DNA of 64,000 bases from Schmidtea polychroa (taxonomy: Eukaryota): assembly GCA_044892525.1 (NCBI GenBank), contig CM097887.1, forward strand, positions 14,446,001 to 14,510,000. Direction: 5' to 3'. Shown piece after piece: positions 25,672 to 39,102 of this stretch. How positions within the stretch are numbered: position 1 is the stretch's first letter; every line of letters starts with the position of its first letter. The translations under genes were made by a program, and so were the position numbers. The notes under the pieces are model-generated. The model saw only the letters and a list, made by a program, of their open reading frames with translations, did no database searches and was not told the origin of the DNA.

Positions 25672-27971
25672 CCCTTTGACGCTCATAAGCGTTGCCGGCA
25701 TTTTTATCGCTTGAAATATTAATCAATCGACAGATTTTAGTCCATTAGTGAGTATTATTTTCAAAAAATAATTTATTCTTTATTTTTTAGACACTACCTG
25801 GGGTGGTACATAAATACACCACTAAGCGATAATATGCAAAATATAGAATCAGTCTATTATATGATAAAGTGAATAACACTGACGTTGAGCATTCAGACAG
25901 AGGTGAACATCACATGAACTGCATTTAATGTTGCTGCGGCAATCATGTCTTCGGGTGCTGCAGTATGCTGCAGCATCGCTTTCTGTCTTCTGTGAATACT
26001 GGTAAATGTTGTGGTGTAGGACAAGCAGCATTACTCGGTCGAATTTTCTTTGAAGGAGGATTGGCGGATGTCGCTCTCTGACGACTACTGTAACGACCAG
26101 TGAGAGATAGCGCCACAGGTATGCGAAAGTCAAGAACCTTCATTAGGTTGCCCTCATTTAGTTTCTTAAAAATGACATAGGAATTACACACACCAATATC
26201 CAGTAGGTCAAAGAAAATGCGTAAGTAGAACTTCACTTTTGACCTTTAAGTAAAAAAATCAAAACAAACAATGTATGTAGAGTTATAATGTGCACAGAGG
26301 CTGTAAATTTTTGCTTACCTTCGGTCGATTCCATATGCCTCTTTTTGTTGATCTGCAATGTCAACACCTCCCATAATTGAATTATACGTCGAAACCATTT
26401 TTGGAACAGTTTTAGGCATTTTACCAGCCGTACCTCTTCTTCTTCTCATAACGGTCGTGGTTTCAAAAGGAGTCTCATAATTGGATAGAATAGTGACAGG
26501 ACGTTTGTCCATCCACTTTATTGATGAGATACTGCCATTAGTGCTAACGTAAGAGTAAATATCACCCTCTTTCATACGCTTGTTAGCACGTACATCATCT
26601 GGCAAGTGTTTTCCTGATGTTCTGATAGTACCAATAGCTTGAACACCGTTTTCACGTAAATAGAAAAACAGCTCTACCGAGGAGAAGAAATTATCCATTG
26701 CCAGGATACAGTTTGTGTTGTGAAGACTCTTTGCCAAATGCATTACCACACTTCCACCTAGACCAAATTGGCGACCTTCATTATAAACTTTGCCTTGATA
26801 CATGTCAAGTTCATGAACATATCCAGAGTGTGATGATGCTCGGACCCACATTTTGAATCCCCAGGGTATGGGTTTTCCTTTGACGTACTGTTTCATTGCA
26901 CTTTTCCCAGTGAACTTAATCATGTGTTCATCAATTGACATTTCATTTTCCATTTCCATTGCAGCTTGAAACGCTTTGTTGAAATGGTTTATTAGTGGAC
27001 GTACTTTGTACGCTCTGTCGTATTCCTGATTGTCTTTATGTGGCTGAAGAGCATTATCACTAAAGTGCAAATTCTTTAGGATAAATTCAAATCTTTTCAC
27101 TGTCATCACATCGGCAATTGCATCTACATGGAGATCTCTGTCAGTTGACCAATAGTCACGGAGATTTGGTAATCTGTTATAGCCCATAATTATGCATATA
27201 CCCAGAAATGCTTTTATCTCTTCACTTGTTACATCGAATATAATTCCCTGTTGTTGAGCATACAATTTAATTGTTCAATAATGAGTGTTACAAGATCTTC
27301 AAAATTTGTTGTGATTTCAAATGAAGAGTAGGCAGTTGCAGGTTCAATATCCACTTTCACTTTTCCGAAATCTACTAGTTTTGTAGGTGTAGGGAATTCC
27401 AACAATCTCCGTTTTTTCTTTTGCCATTTTATATTTAAAGCCGTCTGAATATAAAACATCTGAATCACGTTCTGAAATGGCAACAGAAACAAATATACGA
27501 ATTCGATTGAAATATATTAGGAAATCGAAATAATGTACCTGACTCATCAGATAAGTCTTTAGATTCCTCATCAACATCTATGTCTAAAAACATAAAAATA
27601 AAACTTTGGTCACCATAAATGCTGATTTTAATTTGTAGCTAGCTTATATACCTTCTATTATTGTTTCGTCGATACCCATTTCAATGTCATTTTCAATCAG
27701 GGTAACATCTTCCTCATCAAGGTTTTCCATTTCGTCCTCAGAATTATCCGCCCATAAAAGTGAAATTGCTTTTTGAGCACAGGCTCTTCTTGAGTGAACA
27801 ATTCTTTTTTCTTTTGACATATCCTATAATAAAAATCATAAAAAATAAATAGCAAGTGTTAAAATATGTATTTTCATTTTAATTATATTTCTGTGCTATC
27901 ACTAAGTACTATCAGTTTAGTAATTTAATAATGAACTATATAATACGCTAAATTTATGTTTACCGTTCTGT

Positions 27972-28054
<83 letters not shown>

Positions 28055-28410
28055 CACCAAGTTATTTCAGTTCTCTGAAGTACAAAAAAATAGTATTTAA
28101 GTTATTTTAATAGTCATTATGTTAGTTAAATCATTGTGAAATAATATAATATGAAAAACGTTTTCAAAAACAAAAGATTACCTAAAATAATCTGAGTAGA
28201 AGATAATGTCTCAAAATTCTGAAAATTTCAAATATTTAACGAGATCGTATTAACTAAAACAATGTTTTTATAGACACCAAAGATTCCAATGATAATCATT
28301 AGGCATATGAGAGTATTTTTATCAAAGGGCGAAACCAAATTATGTTTATTTATTGGTGAACTATTTTGTTGAAGACGTGGTACATATATATACTACAGAA
28401 CGTCAAAGGG
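25672..28410 (-). mobile_element. piggyBac DNA transposon
   Basis: TTAA at 25668-25671 and 28411-28414; TIRs CCCTTTGACG(C/T)TC; encloses a DDE_Tnp_1_7-type transposase. Confidence 0.92.
25849..27820 (-). pseudogene. Intron-containing piggyBac transposase (frameshifted)
   Basis: SIDEHMIKFTG, KPIPWGFKMW, MDNFFSS, YNSIMGGVDIADQ and C-terminal RCAYC..CSSCDVHLC..CY..YH. GT-AG introns after 27651, after 27538 and between 26319 and 26240; a 4-nt TGCA duplication near 25968 shifts the Cys-rich domain. Confidence 0.85.
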
Positions 28411-28414
28411 TTAA

Positions 28415-28790
28415 CCTATTAAATGAGTTTATTCCAACGCTGAAAATCTTTACCATTGGAGACAGTCTAGAAATTTTCTTAGAAGAAATTATAAGATTTT
28501 ATGATTAAAGTCAAACTCCAATTCAATTGCTAAAACGTTCATTAGAACATTCATATCAACAGAAGTGGCAAAATTATATGAAGTCGATTAAAAAATTGAC
28601 AGTTATAAAGAAAAATTCAGAAAAGCTTTCGAATATCTCTTAAATTTAGGAAGAGATTTAAATGAAGCTCTCCGTTACAAAAAGTTAATGAATCAATTCA
28701 AGACGCATTTAGGACCATTGATCCATAGGCAAAAAAATGTTTTAGGACACGAATTATTGAAAGAGAAATTAGCTTATTTTTATTGCAAAA
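28415..28790 (+). mobile_element. gag-like relic split by the piggyBac insertion
   Basis: Removing the element rejoins PGPLTIN-LLNEFIPTLKIFTIGDSLEIFLEEIIRFYD in frame; the later RTFISTEVAKLY..KFRKAF resembles the 21000-21100 relic. Confidence 0.45.
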
Positions 28791-29614
28791 TGCAATAGAG
28801 GATAAAAATATAAAAATGATAAATCAAGATGAAAATTATTTCAAGTGTAAAGGAGATTAAGGAGATCATTAGAGAGATAGAAGAGATTAAGAAATGAAAA
28901 ACGAATAAATTGCGGCTATGAGGCCATTAAAAAGAAGTTATACAAATGTGGTCCAAAATCGGAGACAATATTTAGCTCAACAATATCAACAATCACAACC
29001 AGGACAACAACAGAGTAAACTATTAGTAATTAATAATCGGCATTATACGTTCTAGGAACCACTCGGAACGCACTGAAGTATTAGAAATGAAGTCAGAATG
29101 ATGTAAAAAAACACAATAAATAAATATGATTTCTAAATTACATCTGCTATGGACAGGAAAATATGAACAGTACTCGATGCATACATAGATATACATTGGT
29201 ATCACGAGGTCAGCAGTAAATAAATAGTCAAAGTAAAATGTAATTATCTAAACGGTTATATCTAAATCGGTGAAATATAGATTAATTACAAACAAATTAA
29301 TCACTAAAACAATTGTCAGCTGATAATAGATTCAATCTGGAAATAGAGAATTTGGATACCGAATTTTATCACACGATCCAATGGCTCACAATTGAAATCT
29401 ATTTCTATACAATATCATTTCTTAGAATTTCGACTGACTTTATATATATATCTGCATTCAGAGATAACCCCATCTCTTCTCTAAACTTTAGCAGCTTAAT
29501 ATTCAAATATATTCTCTTACCACGTCACAAAGTAAATGATATATAAAAGACAAACATTAATAAACTATAAAAGTAACTAGTCTATAAGATATATATTGCA
29601 AATATTTGAGAAAA

Positions 29615-31257
29615 CTACATAGAAAGAGGTCTAATAATGACAGTAACATTTTCCAGATGTTTCGTTTTGCCATCCGCCATTATAGAAAATATAAAATTAT
29701 CCTTATCAAAATGAGTCGGCATAAACGGAAAGGTCTCATTGACGAATCCATGAACGTAATGAACCGTAATTGGGATGAATATCTCAGTTGGCGCTGCGAT
29801 TGTCAAATCTATTTCATAGGATAATTGAAAATAGCCGGAGGTCATATTGAACGAGTATTTGATTGGTTGACCTTGTAATGCTCTCGGGTAGGTCCTGGCG
29901 AACATTTTGACAACATTTGGAAGAATCGCTCCGTTAGAATCGAAGAAAATCGAATCCCAATATGTGAAACTTTGATAATATTCTTCGGTTTTCTCCAAGA
30001 CTGCCTCACATTCTTGAGTATTGATAGAGTGAGGGTTGCCATCTGGAATACATATTCCGAATTCTGATAACAAGGATCCTCCACCGGTTTCATTGATGTT
30101 TTTCGCGGCCGATTCAAAAACCTAAATGTAGAAATTAAAATTTCAAGTGAAAGAGAAATATTTATAAAATAGAAAAATAGGAAATTGCTACACTAAAACA
30201 AATGCAAATATTCATACATTCTTCATAAAAAAGTTCTGACAAAAAATTTGATCTGATGGCGTATAATTTGTTGTCGGATCCATACTGTTCAATAGGAAAC
30301 AATAATAATGATAGGAAAGTACTGATTTATCCCGTTGTTGAAGTCGACCAGGAACTCGGTTGAATCCAGTTCCGAGATTTCCGGTGCTTGGATAGTAAGC
30401 CCCTATAGTCACTGGTTCATAAAATATTAGGGTATCATTATCAATTGTTCTAATTGCATCTACGAGTATGTCATAGATAGGCAAAAGGTTCTCCCTACCA
30501 GCATAACCTAAATGATGAAGACCATCAGAAATGATAATGGTCACAATATCAAACCTGGTAAAAGTAATTCCATATTCTCATAAAAGTTACCAAACCAAGG
30601 CTCATTGATCAATTCATATCCCATAACCGCCGTGTTATTCACGAATGACCGAGCTATGACTTTCCAAAAATTACTCCAATGGTTGGTTGCAATTGGATTT
30701 TTATACAGATTTTGGAAACCATCCGAGGCTGCATAGGTTATATAGTACGTTGCCCATGAATAGGTGGTGTTTATGTCTAGAGGGTGTGGAAACTTGTTAT
30801 CACCTTCCGGTTCAGGAAACTGGTTAACCAGCCATAACGGTATGCCGTCATAGAGGCTGTATTTGCTGGACATTACATCTTGATGCATATCCAGGAAGCT
30901 GAACATTCCATATTGGTTCAATTTACCAACAATCGTTTGTAAAATCCCAATATATGTCTGATTGAACTGGCCTTCATTCGGTTCAACTCCAGACCACATC
31001 GTTCCTAATCTGACGAGATTGAATCCCCATTCTTTGTATAGTTTCAGCCGCGTATCATTCAATATTTGGCTGTCATACCACGGGATACTTTTCTGAACGG
31101 AGTTAAATCCATGGAACTTTAGAATTCTATTATAATTGTCAACGAATTGGCCTTTCTGGTTTACTGCTATTCGAAATGAAGACGTTTTAGGCTCAACACG
31201 GGCGTGCAACGAAAGCAATGAAAGAATAAATAAAAAAGAACCTAATTTAGTTTCCAT
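29615..31257 (-). CDS. Endoglycoceramidase-like GH5 glycoside hydrolase, copy B (3 exons, same structure as copy A)
   Basis: Near-identical reverse complement of 6312-7951 with the same introns; intact NEP and SEFG motifs. Confidence 0.9.
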
Positions 31258-31659
31258 CGCTTGTATTAAAATATGTTTAATGAATCTTAGTATTATATCA
31301 ACACTCACGTGATAGATCATCTAATTATATGAACCACTTATTACGGATCATTACAATTACTTTGATTTAATCCTAGGCGCTATTTATCAAGGTCAGGTAT
31401 TTGATATTTCGTGAATTATGCAATGAGTGATGTAAAGTGACATATAGTAAGTANNNNNNNNNNNNNNNNNNNNNNNNNNNNNNNNNNNNNNNNNNNNNNN
31501 NNNNNNNNNNNNNNNNNNNNNNNNNNNNNNNNNNNNNNNNNNNNNNNNNNNNNNNNNNNNNNNNNNNNNNNNNNNNNNNNNNNNNNNNNNNNNNNNNNNN
31601 NNNNNNNNNNNNNNNNNNNNNNNNNNNNNNNNNNNNNNNNNNNNNNNNNNNNNNNNNNN

Positions 31660-31993
31660 GACACCGAAAGATATGTGCTTTAGAAAAAACGTCGTCTATT
31701 GCATCACATGCAATGTATGCAAAGAAATCTACATTGGAAGTACACTCAGGACCTTGCACCAAAGAGTTAAAGAATATCTAGATCCTGGTAGAAAATCCTC
31801 GATAAACAGACATCTCCAACAATGTCAACCAACAGAGGAAAGAAAAAATATTTCAATCGAAATCATAGCTAATGGAAACATCCAAAATAAAAATGTCAGA
31901 TTCAAAGAAGCAATTCTCATCATAAACAGACAGCCAAAAATCAACACTAAAGAAGAAATCAATGAAATTATCAATTTTATCTGTTGTCATTGA
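31660..31993 (+). mobile_element. Penelope-like element GIY-YIG endonuclease (3' fragment after a gap)
   Basis: KNVVYCITCNVCKEIYIGSTLRTLHQRVKEY...SSINRHL...RFKEAILI...PKIN, typical of PLE endonuclease domains. Confidence 0.85.
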
Positions 31994-33481
31994 CCTTGAG
32001 AATAACTGATAATATATAAAAAATATAATTAATTAAAAAAGTAATAATTAAAATAATATAGAAAATTTTAGGAAATATACTTTCAAAAGATAGGATTTAA
32101 AAATCGAAATTGACACATTAATTGAAACATTTAAATCGCGTATATAAATAGTTATTGGAGGCTTTATTTTATATTTTAAAATATTTTGAAATATTTTATT
32201 AGGCTTCTAGGGGCTAATTATAGAAGCTTTAAAAATTTTAAATTTTAGTTGGTATCATTTTAAATTTTAAATGATATTTATTTTACTTTTATTTTAATTT
32301 TAAATAAAATTTTTAAAAATTCAAAGAATGTATATCATTATATTATATTAATAATCAATGAGAATTAAGAAAAAGGAAATAAAAGAAAGATTGAAATGTA
32401 TGTTCGGGAAGGAGATTGCTAAATTCCAGGAGATTGACAAGGACTATTTTATAGGCGAAATTTTTTTCATTAAATACATTATTCGCAGCAAAAGGCTTAA
32501 ATTATCACTTTATTGTTTTAAATAATAAATGCTGCNNNNNNNNNNNNNNNNNNNNNNNNNNNNNNNNNNNNNNNNNNNNNNNNNNNNNNNNNNNNNNNNN
32601 NNNNNNNNNNNNNNNNNNNNNNNNNNNNNNNNNNNNNNNNNNNNNNNNNNNNNNNNNNNNNNNNNNNNNNNNNNNNNNNNNNNNNNNNNNNNNNNNNNNN
32701 NNNNNNNNNNNNNNNNNNNNNNNNNNNNNNNNNNNNNNNNNNNNNNNNNNNNNNNNNNNNNNNNNNNNNNNNNNNNNNNNNNNNNNNNNNNNNNNNNNNN
32801 TTGAACTTCGAAATTTTGTCTGATAATTATAATGTCGTATCATTTAAAACATAATCAGCAGATATTTAATAATTAAATTATTATTCTCTCACATGATGCG
32901 CTGGGTAATTTCAATTATAAATATTGGTTTTGCAAAAATATAAAAAATTTTTGATGAAGACGACTTTGTCGTTTCCCTTGGAGTTTGCGGTTAAAAATAT
33001 TTGAAATTTTTCAAGTAGAGAAATTTTTCTAGAAGATTCTTTGAGATTATTTCAAAATATATAAATGTTTAAGACCTTTAATTTTGTAGGCAGCGACTTT
33101 TTCGAACTTTCTATTGGAAGTTGATCCAAAATAAAATAATGTGATTTTTCGTCGCACTATGGTGCAAGGGTCTCTTTTTATCGCGCAGTTGTGTAAATGA
33201 CGAGAAAATGACGAGAACTTTCATCAATTACTCCTTCATATTGAAGTACGTTGGCGGTCGAGAAGCCTTGTTTGACAAGATTTTTTGTACTTTGCGAGAT
33301 TATTTGAGAGTTTATGAATGCTAAAGACCAAATTATAAAAGAAAGTTTATTGAAGTTCAAAACAGATATTACCTATTTAACAGATTTAACAAGGTGACAA
33401 TCTAAATTTGATAAAATCAGAGTCAATCATTACAGTAGTAGGATATAGTGAGCTTTCTAGGTCAGTCCATATTCTGTAATA

Positions 33482-35084
33482 CCGTGTTTTGCCGAATAAA
33501 AGTCATGACTTGTATTTATTTTTTTGCGTAAAATTGTTTAAAAATACAAAAAAGACTTGTTATTGGGAGTAGTTTTTTTATTCAAAAATAGCCGTTTCGT
33601 CGTCCATATCATCTTCAATAATCTGACTGGATGCACTGATATCCTGATTACGTAAATTATTAAGTGCAGCTCTGATTTTTTCGCCGTATATTTCATGATT
33701 GTAAATTAAAGTTTCACTAAAATTCTGATTGTATAATAGATATGATGCGCGTAGCCCATTATTGATAATATTCGTATTAATTTTTCCCCAAGAATGCCGA
33801 ATTCAACTCTCTACTTCAACCAAAGGCGGTTTTATGGCATTTCCCTTTGCATTTTTGATCAATATAATTTTTTGTTCAATATAATCGTTTATTTTATCTC
33901 TCAATCCCAATTTAAACGGACTATTTACTGCCACATCCATAAGTTGCAAAAAACCAGTCATCCCCGACGGAATCATTACTTGATCAATGTTTCTGGTCTG
34001 CAAAAATGATTTCATCTGGGTAGCCCGATGCGTAAAGGCCGAATCCCAAATTAGCAAACCTCTTTTTTGTCCCCTAAGCACCAATGGGAAATTGATGTGA
34101 ATCCATTTTTTGAGAATGTCCTGGGTGGACCATGCTTTCTCCGACTCCATTATATTCAAACCATACCTAACTATAACAGTATCCTTTTTCCCCTTAATAA
34201 TGGCTGTGGGAGATATCTTGGTTCCATTTAATCGTACACCCAGTATACAAGTTAGCCGGCAACTTTCATAACCTGTGGATGGAACTCTTATTGATGAAGC
34301 TCCTCGCATTTCAATGGTTGTCTGCGAACTTTCACCATAGAAAATGGCCGTTTCATCCATTGAAATACAAAATTCGGGATCATATTTTGATATATCCAAG
34401 CTATCAATAAAAGCTTTATAAGACAGAGTACGCTCGACTATATCATCATCGGACAGTTTGAATAGCGTCGTTGATCGTCTCAATGAAAGGTCATATCGTT
34501 TCATAAAGCCAGACAACCACTTCCCAGAGGCGGAGAAACTCGATTCGGGATTACTAGAATTTTGTTGTGCCAATCTAAGTGCATATTCTTGGATGTCAGA
34601 ACGCTTTACGACTAAACTTCTAGATCTGCGCTCGATAATCCAGTCAAATATGTGTTCCTCAATGTCAGAAATTACCAATTTTCTTCCTCCGCCTTGAGCT
34701 CTGGTCTGTCTCCCCGCATTCTTTAGCGATTGGAGATTCTCTTCCTCTGCTTTCCAACGACGAACAACTCGCAGATCAAGATTTACTTTTGCACAAAACT
34801 TTGCAAGGGTCATGCCGGATGTACGGGATTCACTGAGGATTCTAAGCTTATAATCTATTGTATAAGCCTTTCTGGAACTCTTCTGTGCGTTCATGGGTTA
34901 AAAAATGTCTACTAAATGAATATTGAATCAACGACATTTAAAAATCATTATAAAAAACAATAATACAATAGTGTATGAATTAAAATAGGACTTGTAATAG
35001 GAGTAGGGCTTGTAATTATTTATTTTTTAAAAAATGAACAATGGGCTTGTATTGGGAGTATGACTTTTATTAGGCAAAACACGG
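33482..35084 (-). mobile_element. pogo-like (Tc1/mariner superfamily) DNA transposon
   Basis: 25-bp TIRs CCGTGTTTTGCC(G/T)AATAAAAGTCAT with TA on both flanks (33480-81, 35085-86). Confidence 0.92.
33578..34894 (-). pseudogene. pogo transposase, 438 codons with a single TGA (probably W) at 33803-33805
   Basis: RKAYTIDYKL and FSASGKWLSGFMKRY (CENP-B-type HTH), MDETA, LLIWDSAFTH, LQLMDVAVNSPFK; reading continues VES*IRHSWGKIN...IFE to TAA at 33578. Confidence 0.85.
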
Positions 35085-35280
35085 TATGTTAAGGTATTAT
35101 TATATAAGAGGTCAAGGTATTTTAAGGTAAATTGAGAGATGTTTAAGAATAAGAAGGGTAAGTTAGGGGTTTGTGTAAATGTTATGAGTAAATGAGTATG
35201 TCACCGTTTGATCTTGCCACCGCTAGCTGGTATTGCTCACAAGGGTACTGGTCACACTCAACAATTCAAAAGGGTATTAT

Positions 35281-35281
35281 G

Positions 35282-35338
<57 letters not shown>
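35281..35338. repeat. (ATT)n microsatellite
   Basis: Pure trinucleotide run. Confidence 0.95.
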
Positions 35339-35759
35339 TTCAAAGTTTTATTTTTATTTTTTCAATCCGATATATAGTTGCGTGCTTACTGCAACATAAA
35401 GTAAATATGAAAACTTTATTATCATTTTAAATAAAAATAAGAAAACTACAACAAGTTCTCATTATAAAAATTTTTATTCTTTCAATGGCTCAACATATTC
35501 TTTAAACCCATATTATTTTTCTTCAGAGTTAATTATTATAATACCTGTAAGGTGTTTTGTAATTTGTATTAAAATAATGGTATGATGTCCATGTTTGATT
35601 GTATGCTGAAATCCTTACTTATACATTAATTATTATTTTTTAGAAACTCCTCAAACAAATTAACGTTATAATTTGTTTTAATAATATTTGTATTTGAATA
35701 TTAAACGTGTTAATATAGTTTTAGTTATGGATTTTATTAATACCCGTAGCTCTGTGGCT

Positions 35760-35790
<31 letters not shown>

Positions 35791-35795
<5 letters not shown>

Positions 35796-36766
35796 AGGTC
35801 CGTAAATTAAAATAAAATTTAAATGAAATTTAGGTTAATAGTTTAAATAGAAAGTAAGTGAAGCAAAAAGACAAATAAAAGCGGGATCATGCACAGAATC
35901 AATAGTAAAGGAAAGTGTGATGGAAGCAGTATTAGAAAATGCCAAAAGCAATTACGAAAGGCAAGAATCCGGAAATCCGAGAAAAATCAATAAATGGTAA
36001 AATCATCGAAATCGAATGGGGAAAACGGGACAGGTATAGATTAGCTAATGGTCAACAAGATGATGATTAGGGATTTATCAGAAAATGGTTAGGAAGGGTC
36101 GAAAAGCATTCAAATGTATGAAAACAGAAAACGTTAATTAATTAATTGGCAAATGGAAAACCCGAGCTAATGGGAAACCCGAGCCAATGGAGAACCCGAG
36201 AGATAAAGGAAACCCGAGCTGGGTAAACAAGAAGAAAAGCAAACAGAAGGAAGATTTGGGCCCATTAGCTTGACACAATGATTAATTGGAAAAGAGCAAG
36301 GAGAAGATAGCGCGTGTAGGAAGACCGGAAGGGCCATTAATTATCTGGATTCGTTGGACCATTATGGGTGACAGCCAAAGCAGATACGTGGAAGCAAATG
36401 TCAAGTGAAAGATTGGCTCGGCAATAACCATTTGTCATCCCGATTTCGAGGAGTATGTAAGGAAAGGGAAAATCAGAAAAAATCGGCATTTTGCCTCAGC
36501 TAAGGTTAGAAGAAACTGAGTTAGGAATAGGCAAAACGAATCAAGGAAATTAGGGAAAAGAAGACATAGAATTAGGAATACGGAAAGGTGAAAAAGGAAT
36601 CAAATCAAGCAGAAACCGAGGAAAACGTGGGTTAAGAGAATCTAAAGGAATAAAAGGTGAATATTATCTATTTGCAAAGCATCAACGCCGAGCGGAGAAT
36701 CGTTCAAACGGAACTTTGATTATTAATTATAGAGTGGTGATAAAGAATTGTGAATCTTTTATTTCA
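35791..36766 (+). mobile_element. Solo LTR
   Basis: TGTTGAGG...ATTTCA termini with ATATA on both flanks (weak as a TSD because the left flank is a TA run); internal tandem GGAAACCCGAGC units. Confidence 0.65.
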
Positions 36767-37193
36767 ATATACGTTGGGTCGTTTATTGTTTTGATTTAAA
36801 GGACACGAGGAGTCAGAGGGAACCGACTTAAGNNNNNNNNNNNNNNNNNNNNNNNNNNNNNNNNNNNNNNNNNNNNNNNNNNNNNNNNNNNNNNNNNNNN
36901 NNNNNNNNNNNNNNNNNNNNNNNNNNNNNNNNNNNNNNNNNNNNNNNNNNNNNNNNNNNNNNNNNNNNTGATACAATCTAGCTCTGTTTCTTGTAGCATC
37001 ATCAAGTTTTGATTCATCTTTCCTCAACTTTCGTCTCGTCATCACGTGAGCATCTGTTTCTTCATCATATTCAAATTTTGCTATTAATTAATTTATTTTT
37101 TGATTCAATTGTTTCGTTTTCGATTCAATCGTTCTCGATTTTCTCTCTAAATTTATCTTTCTGAACATAAGCAATGTTATTCTTTGATTGGCT

Positions 37194-37660
37194 TTAATCC
37201 TGAAATCTAATTGTTCGTTTCAAAATTGGTCTTTGAAATTTATCGGAATTCCTGGGCCAGGATCTTGCAATATGCCCGTAATTTTTGCACAAATTACATT
37301 GAACTTGTCCATTTAGATTCATATTGTCCCTCTGTAGTGATGGTGATGTTGATGGATCTGCTGTTTTGTTCTCTGTCTCCTTAATCATTCAATATCGTCT
37401 CTCAAATGGTTTTTATTGAACAACTAAATTTTTGTCTGTATCTCACACCATATTTCTATGCGTACATCTCATTCCACTGCCATCGACTTATTCTCGTCAT
37501 TGTCTAGAAATTTTCACTCATAACTTCAAACTTTGCATCGCATTCTGGATCAAACTTCACTTCATGTACGAATCAATGTTACCCTATTTATACTCAATCT
37601 CTCCTTCTATCGCACTCTTCTATTGTGATTTTCAATTCCCTACTTCAGGAATTTGACTCA
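37194..37660 (-). mobile_element. gag relic with CCHC zinc knuckle
   Basis: QCNLCKNYGHIARSWP (last Cys mutated to W); the upstream region is riddled with stops. Confidence 0.6.
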
Positions 37661-38654
37661 GGCGGCCTCTATGAGCACTTCACTCAATCCAGCTGACAAG
37701 TGACTGAAGTATTACGTAGTCCATTAGGTAAGAAAACATGTAGGCCCCTTTGCCTTTGACTTGGTAATCTTCAGTTCACTCAAAATCATAAATAAAAAAT
37801 CATAATAGCATAAAAGTTATGATACGATATTTACTATGATTTCACTCGCTATTTTTTGAGATAGTTCCCGATCAAAATATGAGATGAAGGCAGACAACTT
37901 TGAATGATGAACTAGTTGTAAGGCTAAAGTACGCCTTACATTTGGTCACGAGTCAAGTTACCTGTTCTGATTTTTCTGAATCAGGTCAAAGTTAACGAGA
38001 GGGAATTCGTGTGGACTCAGGTAATGTAAAAATATTGCGGTCAAATTAGTTAACAAAATATCTGGTCACTGGGTGCTAGACAGTAACTTAAAATATGAAA
38101 AGTCGCTGTCAATGTATAGTAATCGCATTTCTACCATTTTCCCCCATATGCTCAAAACGAAAACCATACTCAGTTAATAACAATCACTTGGAGATCCATA
38201 AAGAAATTGTCAAAACAAGAAATAAAGGTAGATCCCTGCTCAAATTTTTGAAAGATAAAAATATTGATTAGCATCAAAAAATTGAGACCATAGTTAAATG
38301 AATAAAAAATACCAATAAGCTCAGAAATGAAAGTATATACAAAGCGATGTTCTATAGATAGTCATGAATCCGTAAGTGAAAATGCAATGAGGAGGAGATC
38401 TAGTAACGGAACTCACCTTGATATTGAGTTTCAGTGACGGTGTACTTGATGGAGACTGTTGGGTCCTATATTTGTTCTTTCGACATAATTTCGGTAAACA
38501 ACAAAGATATGATTAAATTTTAATACATAACCCTAATAAACGGTTATCAGATTATGTATTTATTGTTGGCGTATGTGGAGAAGAAAGAAAAATATGCATG
38601 CCTTTCCATCACACCTATCAAGCATCATCGCTCCGTTATACATTTTCTACACAT

Positions 38655-38858
38655 ACTCCAAATGATTGATTGCATATTCCCACATATGAGCCCATGGTGA
38701 TGTTCCATGTTGGTGCTGCTCACACGGGTCGGAAAAAGGTTAGCAGGTGAGCCCCTGCCTTAGGACTACTCCTAACCCTTTCTCGGTTCGGGTCCTACGG
38801 TGCCTTAGAAGGACTTACCCACATACATGCGTATCACTCGGTCTGATCCTGGTCCAAA
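38655..38858 (-). ncRNA. Conserved structured RNA motif, copy R3
   Basis: UUGGACCAG...GUAAGUCC UUCUAA GG; GGUUAG-GGAGUAGUCCUAAGGCAGGGGCUCACCUG-CUAACC; GUGUGAGC-AGCACCAA-CAUGG..CCAUG-G-GCUCAUAU. Confidence 0.75.
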
Positions 38859-39102
38859 GGAACAACCTTCAACCCTAATTACCTTCATTCCGCAGCATTA
38901 TCTCATCTACTCTAATTGCACAAACAAATATATGAAAGCTCGACAAAACTGAAATCAAACAGAAAATTTTATTGACACTGAAACGATAAAAATATCATTA
39001 CCACTAACAGATCAACAGCAGTCAAAAATATATAACATTAGCAGAATTCACAGGTAATTTACAACTCGATGAAGAGAAAATCAAGCTCAATTGTACGTCG
39101 CA

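Noticed and set aside
27535-27560. CTGATGAGTC on the minus strand (hammerhead-like core)
   Set aside because: Lies in a piggyBac exon encoding SDES next to a splice donor; no GAAA/stem II-III arrangement.
7452-30117. Alternative-frame 91-aa ORFs 7452-7727 and 29842-30117
   Set aside because: Overlap EGCase exon 3 in another frame; duplicated only because the gene is.
5877-32450. KFQEIDKDY-coding fragments at 5877-5916 and 32415-32450
   Set aside because: Probably short LINE-like remnants; direct orientation, so not part of the inverted arms, and too short to classify.
35192-35430. Poly-Ile / poly-Tyr ORFs
   Set aside because: Translation of the (ATT)n microsatellite.
20226-35762. tRNA A-box-like words (TAGCCGAATGGTT 20228, GTAGTTCAATT about 22649, GTAGCTCTGTGG about 35746)
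   Set aside because: No B box or cloverleaf; not supportable as tRNA or SINE.
38760-38830. Resemblance of GUCCUAAG to twister L4 and of GCC-UUCUAUC-GGC to HDV P3/L3
   Set aside because: Required partners are missing: no P1-UAA-P2 and T1/T2 pseudoknots for twister; no L3 G, P1.1 GG or P2 closure for HDV-like. Kept as an unknown motif.
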